Shown: positions 27,257 through 35,583 of the stretch, in pieces
Position numbering within the stretch: the stretch's first letter is position 1
How the letters are laid out: every line of letters begins with the position of its first letter
UHGV virus genome: UHGV-0203373
DNA length: 40,366 nt
Source of the DNA: a virus
Direction: 5' to 3' (one strand)
Notes under the pieces: model-generated
The model's input: the letters and a program-made list of their open reading frames with translations, nothing else
Told to the model about the DNA's origin: nothing
Database searches by the model: none
Made by a program: the position numbers and the translations under genes

Positions 27257-27616
27257 CTAACGTTTCTTGTATGTTTTCTTAACTTTAAGGTATTCTTGGG
27301 CGGTTCTATCTAAGTATGGATAGTTTGCCGCCTTCAACCACCACAGTTCGGGGTCGTCTTTATCTTGTTTAAAATACTTTTCAACTTGCTCCAGTAAGTA
27401 TTCTTTCTCTCTACCAGTAAGCGGGACAGCTGGAAGCGGGTCTGAAATGTAGATGTTTATGAAGCCGACAAGCGGTGTATAATCTTCATTGCACCATCTA
27501 ATATGAAAGTGGTCTTTTGAAAACCACTGTATATTAGTGTTCACACGATAATGATAATCATTACCCACCTTCGTGAAACGAAGTTTCAACCAATAGTCCT
27601 TCTTACCGTAAACCAT
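27257..27616 (-). CDS. Hypothetical protein, paralogue of 27618-27953
   Basis: Shares W-L...K...(V/I)NTNIxW with its neighbour. Confidence 0.6.
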   Translation of the reverse strand: MVYGKKDYWLKLRFTKVGNDYHYRVNTNIQWFSKDHFHIRWCNEDYTPLVGFINIYISDPLPAVPLTGREKEYLLEQVEKYFKQDKDDPELWWLKAANYPYLDRTAQEYLKVKKTYKKR

Positions 27617-27617
27617 A

Positions 27618-27953
27618 TTAGTATTCCTTTTCTACCATTGGTATATATTTGTCTTTAAGAATCCACTTGTCACCTTTCTTTTTAAAGTATACTCTTATAG
27701 TATCTTTGAATAGTTCAATCCTGTCGGTATAACCAGTATGTTTGCCAGTGGAAAACCACATAGAACGCGGGGACACTAAAAAGTGAAAGTCTGGTGGTCG
27801 TATGTATACAGGAGGGCAAGGCGGTTCTTCCAAGTCCGCCCAACGTATATTAGTATTTATTTTAAATATACTAATAGCTTCTCGTTTTTCTATCCGATAG
27901 GATAACCAGAAGCAACCATCTTTTGGTCTTACAAGTTCAAATAGTCCAGCCAT
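27618..27953 (-). CDS. Hypothetical protein, paralogue of 27257-27616
   Basis: AAGGA RBS and the shared NTNIxW motif. Confidence 0.6.
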   Translation of the reverse strand: MAGLFELVRPKDGCFWLSYRIEKREAISIFKINTNIRWADLEEPPCPPVYIRPPDFHFLVSPRSMWFSTGKHTGYTDRIELFKDTIRVYFKKKGDKWILKDKYIPMVEKEY

Positions 27954-27966
27954 AGTATTTCCTTTC

Positions 27967-28422
27967 TTACAAGCCGAGCAAGGCGGCGAGTTGTTGTAGT
28001 TTTTCTTCGTCCATATCTTTCAAGGCTCGTGACACACGGCTTGCAACCGCCTTCGTTGTCACCGCGCGCGCCTGTCGCGCACTTCCACCCGCGTCTTCCC
28101 TTTCGACAGGCGGCTTGTATTCGTCTATCGACTTCCACGTTATCGTATACCTCTTACTTCCATCAGAGACTATGAGCGGCTTCTCGTCGTCCACTTCAAC
28201 CCACCGACTCTCCATAGTCTGTGCGTTTACAAGCGGCTCACCACTTGGAAGTGTTTCCACTCTCGTCTTTACACAGGTAAAATACCTTTTAAAAGGTCGT
28301 CCTTTGTCTATGACAGTGAGCGGTATTCCACGCGGTATATTTTCGCCCGTTAGTATACGTATCATAACGCGAAGCGGTTCGTTGTATTCAATAGTCTTTC
28401 CTAATGTATTATAGTCTAACAT
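27967..28422 (-). CDS. Hypothetical early protein
   Basis: 151 aa. The C-terminus LKDMDEEKLQQLAALLGL is shared with 28576-29013. Confidence 0.65.
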   Translation of the reverse strand: MLDYNTLGKTIEYNEPLRVMIRILTGENIPRGIPLTVIDKGRPFKRYFTCVKTRVETLPSGEPLVNAQTMESRWVEVDDEKPLIVSDGSKRYTITWKSIDEYKPPVEREDAGGSARQARAVTTKAVASRVSRALKDMDEEKLQQLAALLGL

Positions 28423-28575
28423 ATGTATATCACTTTCTAAAACGATTTAAATTGACAATTGTATTGCAGCGTAAATTATAGTTGTGTAAGCAAGTAGTGC
28501 CCCGCTTGCCGCTGCAAGCCGATAAAATAGATGATAGAGAGAGCACCGCCGCTTTAAAGGCGGTGCTCATCTGCT

Positions 28576-29013
28576 TTATAATCCAAGCAATGCTTGAATT
28601 TGTGCGAGCTTTTCGGGAGAAAGCTCTTTAAGTTTGCTTGCAATCTGTTTTGCTTGCGAGCTTTCGGACGGCTTGCGGCGTTCGAGCTTTTCAACTGCGT
28701 AAACGTATGTTTCTCCGCTTTTAATTTCACCCTTGGAAAGTGCGTTTTTAAAGCCGTTTCGAGCCGCGCTGAAAAGTTTATGTGCAATAATTTGTTGCTC
28801 GATAAAAGCGACCAGCTCATTTTCATTTTCAAAATATTCTTTCCAAGCTGCCAAGTTTGCTGGAAATTGTGCAACCTCCACTTTACAATCATTTGTAATT
28901 GAGTTCTTGTCGCCTTTGCACCGTGTGCAAAGTGTTTTATATTCGGGCTGTGTTGAGTCATTGAGACGTTCAACGGCGTTGTTGTCTATGGGTGCTTTAT
29001 TATTCTTTTTCAT
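28576..29013 (-). CDS. Hypothetical early protein
   Basis: 145 aa, GAAAGG RBS, C-terminus LKELSPEKLAQIQALLGL. Confidence 0.7.
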   Translation of the reverse strand: MKKNNKAPIDNNAVERLNDSTQPEYKTLCTRCKGDKNSITNDCKVEVAQFPANLAAWKEYFENENELVAFIEQQIIAHKLFSAARNGFKNALSKGEIKSGETYVYAVEKLERRKPSESSQAKQIASKLKELSPEKLAQIQALLGL

Positions 29014-29055
29014 TATATATACCTTTCTGATTTTGATTTGGATTGAAAGCGGATT

Positions 29056-29316
29056 TTAGTCCGCTTTTAAAGCTCTTTTAAAATAAGAATTTATGATAAC
29101 TCTTATTGTTTCGTCAGTTAGAACATCTAAATTTTCGATTACCAACGGTTTTTTGAAAGAATTTTCAAGTGATACTTTCAAAAAGTTTGCATTTTGATAA
29201 AAAGCAACTTTAAAGAGAACGCCGCTTTTTTGTGGAAAGCAAACGCAAACGTTGTCGTTTTTGCGGGCATAATTTCGATAATAAGAAACTTGTTTTGTTT
29301 TGCAAAAATTATTCAT
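29056..29316 (-). CDS. Hypothetical protein, first gene of the leftward arm
   Basis: 86 aa ORF next to the AT-rich region. Confidence 0.5.
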   Translation of the reverse strand: MNNFCKTKQVSYYRNYARKNDNVCVCFPQKSGVLFKVAFYQNANFLKVSLENSFKKPLVIENLDVLTDETIRVIINSYFKRALKAD

Positions 29317-30229
29317 AGTATTTAATGATTTAATGATTTTGATTTAAAGAACACTTCAAAGGCGGTTGCCTTTTTGATTATGCATATATAATCGGATAAA
29401 ATTTTTTAAAAATCAAGCTTTTTTTCAAAAAATTGCAAAAAATTTTCATTTTTTCTCTAAATTATTGAATTGCAAGGCTTTAAAAAATTATTAAATTGCA
29501 TAATTATATTCTCTGATAATTGATTTTACATTGCCTCTAAATTTTATCGTTCTATTTATTTATATCTATTTATATTTAAATATATCATAAATAAAAAACT
29601 AATAGCAATTATCTATTACTATAATTTGATAATTTTAATATTTTAATAATTCACTCGAATTTTGAAGAAAAAGCTTGACTTTTTATAAAAAGGCGTTCTA
29701 TTCAAAATGAATTTATATCATTTTATGTTATAAAATATTAAGAATAAGTTTTGATAATCTTTATCAAATTGTATCAAATTTGATATAAAATATCTATTAA
29801 AATTATTTTGGATAAAATTTTGTAAGAGCTGCCAAGCTTGGATAAAAATTATCAAATTTAATCATTGTTGATAATTTATAATAAGAAATGATAAAAATAA
29901 TTTATAATAATTTATGATAAGATTTATGATATAATTTATCCGCCTTCAAAGCTTGCCTTGCAAGACGGAAAGCTTGCTTCAATATTGCTTGCAATCCCGC
30001 TTGCGGGCGTGAACTGAAAAGTTAAGAAAATTTTTAATAGACTATTCAATCTCTCGAAGAGAGGGGGTTTCCTTTTCCATATGGGATAGTATATAATATA
30101 TATCATAATTTCTCCAAAATTTTAAGATTAACAAATATCAACAGATATTAACATTTTACTTGCAATCGGCTGAGCCGATGAGATATTATAGCCGCATTAA
30201 AAGAGAGGCGTTCCGCCTACTATTCCGAT
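29317..30229. other. AT-rich divergent control region; candidate origin and/or packaging-terminus region
   Basis: About 900 bp with no ORF between divergent arms and directly upstream of TerS. It has many GATAA/TTATC words and A/T tracts. Confidence 0.6.
30160..30189 (+). promoter_or_regulatory. Candidate late promoter with an inverted repeat in the spacer
   Basis: TTGCAA-18 bp-TATTAT, 40 bp upstream of TerS. ATCGGC-TGA-GCCGAT at 30165-30179. Confidence 0.5.
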
Positions 30230-30727
30230 ATGCTAACAGACAAACAGATTGCTACTTTCACTTTTGAGCTGGAAGATTTCATTCATACGAATGAAGCAAA
30301 AGCAATAGTGGTTTTGAAAGCTATTGGATTTGATAGTGCAGAAATTCAAAAGCTTTTTGGCTTGACCATTGAAGCTCAAGAGTTTCTGCTCACTATACCA
30401 GAGTTGCGAGAAGTCTACAACATCTACGACATCGTAGGCGGTGATGACGACAAGACTCTGCTCGAGAAAGCCGCTTCCATAGCTCTTCGCATTAAGGTTC
30501 GTCTGCTTAAAGCTGATGATACGCCTATAAATGTGAAGAATGGTATTGCCACAGAAATGCTTGAAAGAGCACACGGTAAAGCACGTCAGATGATTGAAAC
30601 ACATAATCTGAACTTTAACGTTGGTAATACGATGGCGGAATTGGATAAAGCGATTGCAGCGGAAGCCGCCTCTCTTGGACTCGATACCACCAAGCTACTA
30701 AATTCAGAGGATACAGTCGATGTATAG
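30230..30727 (+). CDS. Terminase small subunit (putative)
   Basis: Directly upstream of and overlapping TerL. Contains IATEMLERAHGKARQ, a TerS-like motif. Confidence 0.65.
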   Translation: MLTDKQIATFTFELEDFIHTNEAKAIVVLKAIGFDSAEIQKLFGLTIEAQEFLLTIPELREVYNIYDIVGGDDDKTLLEKAASIALRIKVRLLKADDTPINVKNGIATEMLERAHGKARQMIETHNLNFNVGNTMAELDKAIAAEAASLGLDTTKLLNSEDTVDV

Positions 30728-32252
30728 CGATGCTCAACAGGTTGATGAAAGTCAGTCCCCAGAGTATAAGCGGAAACTCCGCCTACTGCAATTACTGAAA
30801 AAGAAAGCCGCCCTTAAAGAGGAATTTAAAAGTGATTACTTTGTTCCTAATAAAGGCGGTCAAACTGGGTTCTTTGAAAATGGAGACAAGAAACGCCGCT
30901 TTGTTTTTGCTGGAAATCGTTTCGGTAAAAGCCACGCTGGTGTTCTTGAGGATTATGCTTGGTGCATTGGTGAACGCCGCTGGTATCCAGAAGGTAGTCC
31001 GTTTCGCCGCCGCGGAATACCTGCCAGAGGGGTCAAAGGTCTTGTTATCGCTCAAACGTGGGACAAGATTGATGAAATGTTTACCAATGAGGGTGTAGGC
31101 GGCTCGCCCAAAGGTAAGATGATGGACTTGTGCCCATCGATGTTTATAACGAAAAAAGTTAAGGATAACGTCGGTAGAATTACCCGCCTTCACTTTCGTT
31201 ATACTCTTGATGGACGTGCTCGCGATAGTGTATTGCACTTCGCGACAGTAAAGTCCTTCTTGAATAACGAGCTTTCGCTGGAATCAAGTGATTGGGATTT
31301 CATTCACGTTGATGAACCTATACCGCGTGATATGTGGATAGCAGTGAGCCGTGGTCTTGTTGATAGACAAGGCAGTGCTTGGTTTCTGTTAACACCGCTC
31401 AGCGAAGCTTGGATTCACGATGAGGCGGTGAAGATGAGCCTTGAGCAACCTGAATTATGCTGGAGCTATACCGGTTCTGCTACAGAGAACGGTCACGCTA
31501 AAGGCTTTGAGCTGTTCTACGCGGGACTCTCGGACGAGGAATTGGCTTGCCGCCGCGACGGACGTCCCTTAGCCGCTGGACGTCTCGTGATACACGGTTA
31601 CTCCGAGGCTCGCAATCTACTCAAAGGCTGCCCTCGCTCTTGGTCATCGCCGTCCCACCCGCCCGCGGACTGGTACTGTGCCTGTGCCATCGACACCCAC
31701 CCCCAGACTCCCCACGCGGTGCTCTGCGCCGCCCTCTCCCCTACCGACGTCATCTTCTGCGACGAGCTCTTCAGACGCGGGACTATGCGCGACATCGCCC
31801 AATGGCTCAAGTCGCGTCCATACTTTAACCAGATTGGATACTTCCTTATTGAACCCGCTGCTTTTATTCCAGACCAAACAACAGGTCGTTGCTATGCAGA
31901 CGTTCTCCGTGAGGAGGGCATTCCCGTAGAAAAAGGTTCGAAAGCTCGAACAGAGTGTATTAAAGCAACGAATGAAGCTTTTTACAACGAAGACCGTAAG
32001 GTTTGGATACACGAAACTTTAACAAATACTCGAAAGGAAATAGCTGGTTGGTATTTCAATAAGGACAATAAACCTGTTGATGCCAATGACCATCTTATGG
32101 AATGTATGGGTAGAATAGTAATGCACGATGGTTTAACTTATAGAGAACCGCCGAACGTTGCTATTAAAAATAGTGATGCTTATGCAAGTGAAGGCTATCA
32201 CGATAATCTTTCTTTTTCACTGCTTGATACCGCTTCAATATCAGATTTATAA
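30720..32252 (+). CDS. terL: Terminase large subunit
   Basis: AGNRFGKS Walker A, FIHVDEP Walker B, LLTP coupling motif, and nuclease AIDTHP...DANDHLME. Confidence 0.92.
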   Translation: MYSDAQQVDESQSPEYKRKLRLLQLLKKKAALKEEFKSDYFVPNKGGQTGFFENGDKKRRFVFAGNRFGKSHAGVLEDYAWCIGERRWYPEGSPFRRRGIPARGVKGLVIAQTWDKIDEMFTNEGVGGSPKGKMMDLCPSMFITKKVKDNVGRITRLHFRYTLDGRARDSVLHFATVKSFLNNELSLESSDWDFIHVDEPIPRDMWIAVSRGLVDRQGSAWFLLTPLSEAWIHDEAVKMSLEQPELCWSYTGSATENGHAKGFELFYAGLSDEELACRRDGRPLAAGRLVIHGYSEARNLLKGCPRSWSSPSHPPADWYCACAIDTHPQTPHAVLCAALSPTDVIFCDELFRRGTMRDIAQWLKSRPYFNQIGYFLIEPAAFIPDQTTGRCYADVLREEGIPVEKGSKARTECIKATNEAFYNEDRKVWIHETLTNTRKEIAGWYFNKDNKPVDANDHLMECMGRIVMHDGLTYREPPNVAIKNSDAYASEGYHDNLSFSLLDTASISDL

Positions 32253-32274
32253 CATTAACGATAAACATTAAGGT
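32253..32274 (+). promoter_or_regulatory. Fur-box-like dyad, copy 5
   Basis: TAACATTAACGATAAACATTAAGGTAA differs from 4881-4907 at one position. Confidence 0.65.
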
Positions 32275-32277
32275 AAA

Positions 32278-33936
32278 ATGAAATATCAAGTGACTAACAA
32301 AGGTCTGGTTTTTAATAGAACCACAATAGACCCCACTGCGTCTTTACGCATTACGTGCACTGGAGAATATCCAGTAGAAGTTTTAGTAAACAGGGCTGAT
32401 GAAAAAGAAAAAATTATAATTCAGCCGTGGCAATCATTTGATTTAGCAATCACCAATACACAAATAGATGTAGGTTCTTGGGGTGGAAATTCTGAAATAA
32501 CTCTGTATCGAGTTACTTCGCAAGCTGTTGATACTTGCGATTTTAATGGCAAGGTTAATGATAATTCTTACGTAGACAATAATCTGTTTGTTCAAGGCGA
32601 TTTACAAGTTCACGGAGACGCTACAATAACGGGAGATGTTACCGCTTCTTCTGGTGAGTTTACTGATTCAGTTACTGTTGGTGGAAAGAATGTCGTTTCT
32701 GAATTAGACCAGCTCGGCTTGACCAAAACTCCGCAGGGATTTTTGGCTTTCACGCCGTTGAAGGCGTGGAAGACTCAGGCGACTCTTGCAAAGGCGACAA
32801 AGCTCACATCTTCGTTTTCAATCTGTTTTACCGCCTGTGTCGACGCGTCCGAATGGGCGTTTTACGACACCGCCGACTACTCGGCACTTGCATCAACTTG
32901 GCTTGTGCAGTCGCAGGCAAGTTCGCGCGGGTTTCATCTCGCCTACCTCAAATACAGCAACGGCATTCGCGTTTTGCGTTTGAATGTAAAATGCCGCGCG
33001 GACTCGACGGCAGCTTCGTATGTCGACCTGCCCGTTTCGACGTTTTCCGACGGCAAGCCCCACGCGGTCGCGTTTTGCGCAGCTCCCGATTCGTCGGTTT
33101 CGTCTTCGGGCAACAACGGCAAAATCCGCGCGTATGTCGACGGCGTTTTGCAGGCCTCCAACGATGCGTATCTGGCGGAAGTTCCCGAGCAGAACGGCAA
33201 GCTTTTGTTTATGAACTCGCTCGGGAGAGTCGCGCGTATGTGCCGCTTCAACTTCGACATTTCCGCCGCCGACGCGCCCTACACGCTCGCCGACTACACA
33301 AGCGGCAAGGCGATTCCCGCCGAGCTAAATGCGCCGTTTAACTTTTCTGCGGACGGCTCGACTTGGGAGCCGATGAAGATGAGCGACAACACCACGCCTG
33401 CGCCCGCCACGGTTTCGGCTGCAGGCGACGTCATCACAATCACGACCACCGCCGAAATTAGCGAGGCGTTTTTCCGCATAAAGCCTACGACCGACATCAT
33501 CAAAGGCGTTGCCGGACAGACATTGCACGCCTCAGTCGAGTCTTTCAGCGGCATTGGCGGCAGTAACGGCTTGGGTGTAAAGCCGATGATTAATGACGGC
33601 GAAGTCGGACAAATAAACCTGACGACTAACACAAAAAGCGGAACGTTGTCGATGGAAAGACCGTTCGATTCCGTCAATCTCACTATTCGATACGGAACAA
33701 GCCCGATACCTTCGGGCACTGTGTTTACGATTACGGGGTTGCGAGTTTGGACAAACGGCTCGGTCGTAGCCCTCGACGATTACACATTCGGCGGCAAAAT
33801 CCGCGACATTTCGGGCAACGACAACCACGCCACGGTTTCGACAACAAACGGCGTCCGAATCCACGGCGACAAAGACGAAGCCGTCCAACAAATGTATGAG
33901 GCGTTTTCAGCGCAGTATACAACCGACAACCCGTAA
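32278..33936 (+). CDS. Tail fibre / receptor-binding protein with LamG (concanavalin-like) domain
   Basis: GDLQVHGDATITGDV beta-helix-like repeat, FSICF...SDGKPHAVAF...IRAYVDG, and IRDISGNDNHAT LamG signature. Confidence 0.7.
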   Translation: MKYQVTNKGLVFNRTTIDPTASLRITCTGEYPVEVLVNRADEKEKIIIQPWQSFDLAITNTQIDVGSWGGNSEITLYRVTSQAVDTCDFNGKVNDNSYVDNNLFVQGDLQVHGDATITGDVTASSGEFTDSVTVGGKNVVSELDQLGLTKTPQGFLAFTPLKAWKTQATLAKATKLTSSFSICFTACVDASEWAFYDTADYSALASTWLVQSQASSRGFHLAYLKYSNGIRVLRLNVKCRADSTAASYVDLPVSTFSDGKPHAVAFCAAPDSSVSSSGNNGKIRAYVDGVLQASNDAYLAEVPEQNGKLLFMNSLGRVARMCRFNFDISAADAPYTLADYTSGKAIPAELNAPFNFSADGSTWEPMKMSDNTTPAPATVSAAGDVITITTTAEISEAFFRIKPTTDIIKGVAGQTLHASVESFSGIGGSNGLGVKPMINDGEVGQINLTTNTKSGTLSMERPFDSVNLTIRYGTSPIPSGTVFTITGLRVWTNGSVVALDDYTFGGKIRDISGNDNHATVSTTNGVRIHGDKDEAVQQMYEAFSAQYTTDNP

Positions 33937-34165
33937 AACCCGCGAGGTCGCCGCTCTCCTTGCGAAAGATTGAATTGCGGCGTTTACATAATAGCCGCAA
34001 GAGAAAGGTATATCTTTTGCAAGTGTAAATCTCCGTTCTTTAAATTTCGCAAGGAGGCGTCTCGCGGCTAAAAGACGGTTTCGCTTCGCCTCACGTACGT
34101 TTAGTACGCTACGGCTTGCAAAGCCGCGTCTTTTAGCTCACGCCTCGCAAGTTTTACTTCGCGGG
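33935..34165 (+). repeat. Structured palindromic element 1 (ERIC/IRU-like core)
   Basis: Nested inverted repeats 33939-48/34156-65, 33956-67/34045-56, 33975-81/33994-34000 and 34067-77/34127-37. Core CTCACGTAC-N5-GTACGCT. Confidence 0.65.
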
Positions 34166-34252
34166 ATATTATGTTTTCGCGAACTTACCTTACTCAACTT
34201 CTTTAACACAAAAACAAAAAGCAAACCCTCGTGGATTTGCAGAAAGGAAAAA

Positions 34253-34486
34253 ATGAAAATCAATCTTACAACAACAATCAACGAAGAGCCGCAAACCGTC
34301 GAGGCGGAAATCGTGGGCGTCAACGTCTACGTCGAAACCGCATTCGGCAGAAGCGTCATACAGCTCAGAGATAAAACCGAACTCGCCGCCATCGAACCTT
34401 ATCAGGAAGTGATACAGACAATGGCGGACTCCTACGCGGCTATAAAAGATGCCGCCAACGTAGAACCCCCGACAACGGGCGAATAA
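34253..34486 (+). CDS. Small acidic protein, possible fibre-associated chaperone
   Basis: 77 aa with a GAAAGGA RBS, lying between the two inverted structured elements. Confidence 0.65.
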   Translation: MKINLTTTINEEPQTVEAEIVGVNVYVETAFGRSVIQLRDKTELAAIEPYQEVIQTMADSYAAIKDAANVEPPTTGE

Positions 34487-34530
34487 ACGAAAGGCAAAAG
34501 GGAGTTCAAATTAACAATCAGAGAACAGGA

Positions 34531-34779
34531 CAAAAGTGCGAGGCGTGTGCTTAGGGAGATGTTTAGATTTTGGAACGCTCCTATCGTCGCGCGGCTCTTG
34601 GCTTGCGCCAATTCAAGGTGGGATAGTGCTGTTGCACAGACCACCCGAGGAAACGCTCCATAAGCCGCGAGACGCCTCTTTTGCAATCTAAAAAAGGCAA
34701 AGCGGAATTGCCGCAGGCAATCGCCGCTTATTTACTAAATTAAAAATATTTGCAAAAGAGGCGGCGTTCTCGCGCTTTT
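34531..34779 (-). repeat. Structured palindromic element 2, an inverted homologue of element 1
   Basis: The minus strand has the same three blocks: AAAA..CGCGAG..CGCCGC, GAGGCGTCTCGCGGCT and AGCACACGCCTCGCA. Confidence 0.65.
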
Positions 34780-34789
34780 GGAAAAATCA

Positions 34790-35263
34790 ATGGATACGAT
34801 AATTCAAAACTTGTGGGAGAGCGGAGCTCTGGGGGCAATCGCAACAATGATTGTTTCGTTTTTCGGGCAGATGTCCGCGCTTAATACGCAGAAATTCACG
34901 ACGGTGCTCGAAGCCCTCACAAAGGCGCAGGCCGCCGACAGCGCGTCGCACGACGCCGCAATTGCCCGCACGAAGGACGAAGACGGCGCGGGATTTAGGC
35001 GCATAATGTATTTTTCGGCATTCTTCGTTTTGGCGGTCTGCCCGTTTATATTCGCGTTTTTCGCGGACATTCCCGTGGCGGTTGAAACCGTCGAACAGTG
35101 CGGCGGCTGGCTCTGGGGCTTGATTCCCGAAAAGGAGAAATTCGCCGTCGAATACGTCAACGGCTTTTATCTCGCGAGCGAGTGGAAAGAACTTCTGGCA
35201 AACCTTATTAGTGCTTATATCGGTGCGGGACTCACCCGCCGAGCATTTAAACTTGGTAAATGA
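34790..35263 (+). CDS. Holin-like membrane protein
   Basis: Hydrophobic segments at the N-terminus, at RRIMYFSAFFVLAVCPFIFAFF and near the basic C-terminus. Start at ATG 34790. Confidence 0.55.
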   Translation: MDTIIQNLWESGALGAIATMIVSFFGQMSALNTQKFTTVLEALTKAQAADSASHDAAIARTKDEDGAGFRRIMYFSAFFVLAVCPFIFAFFADIPVAVETVEQCGGWLWGLIPEKEKFAVEYVNGFYLASEWKELLANLISAYIGAGLTRRAFKLGK

Positions 35264-35583
35264 TGACTGAACCGCGCTTTAAGTTTGACCTTCAAGGTTT
35301 ACTTCGTACTGCTGTGATGATAGCTACTTTTATAGGCGGCTATTATCATATGATGGGTGTCCTTAGTGAAAGAGCAACTGCTAACGAGCAGAAGATAGTA
35401 GCTATAGAAAAACGTCTTGACGAACACGTTAAGAATGTTAAGATTTATTCTTGGGAAGAACTTAATAAAAACTTTGTTACTCGAGAAGAATGGACAGTTA
35501 ATCGAAATGCACTTCGTGACGATTTAAAATACATTCGTGATAGAATGGACGCAATATATAACCGCGTATATACTTTGAAATGA
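35260..35583 (+). CDS. Single-TM coiled-coil protein, possible lysis component
   Basis: N-terminal TM followed by a coiled coil. ATGA overlaps on both sides. Confidence 0.5.
   Translation: MMTEPRFKFDLQGLLRTAVMIATFIGGYYHMMGVLSERATANEQKIVAIEKRLDEHVKNVKIYSWEELNKNFVTREEWTVNRNALRDDLKYIRDRMDAIYNRVYTLK

Noticed and set aside
28452..28482. TTGACA...TATAGT on +, a possible antisense promoter
   Set aside because: The spacer is 19 bp and there is no downstream gene.
32278..34779. Diversity-generating retroelement or invertase shufflon at the tail fibre
   Set aside because: No reverse transcriptase, no template/variable repeat pair, no recombinase and no alternative fibre tips were seen.
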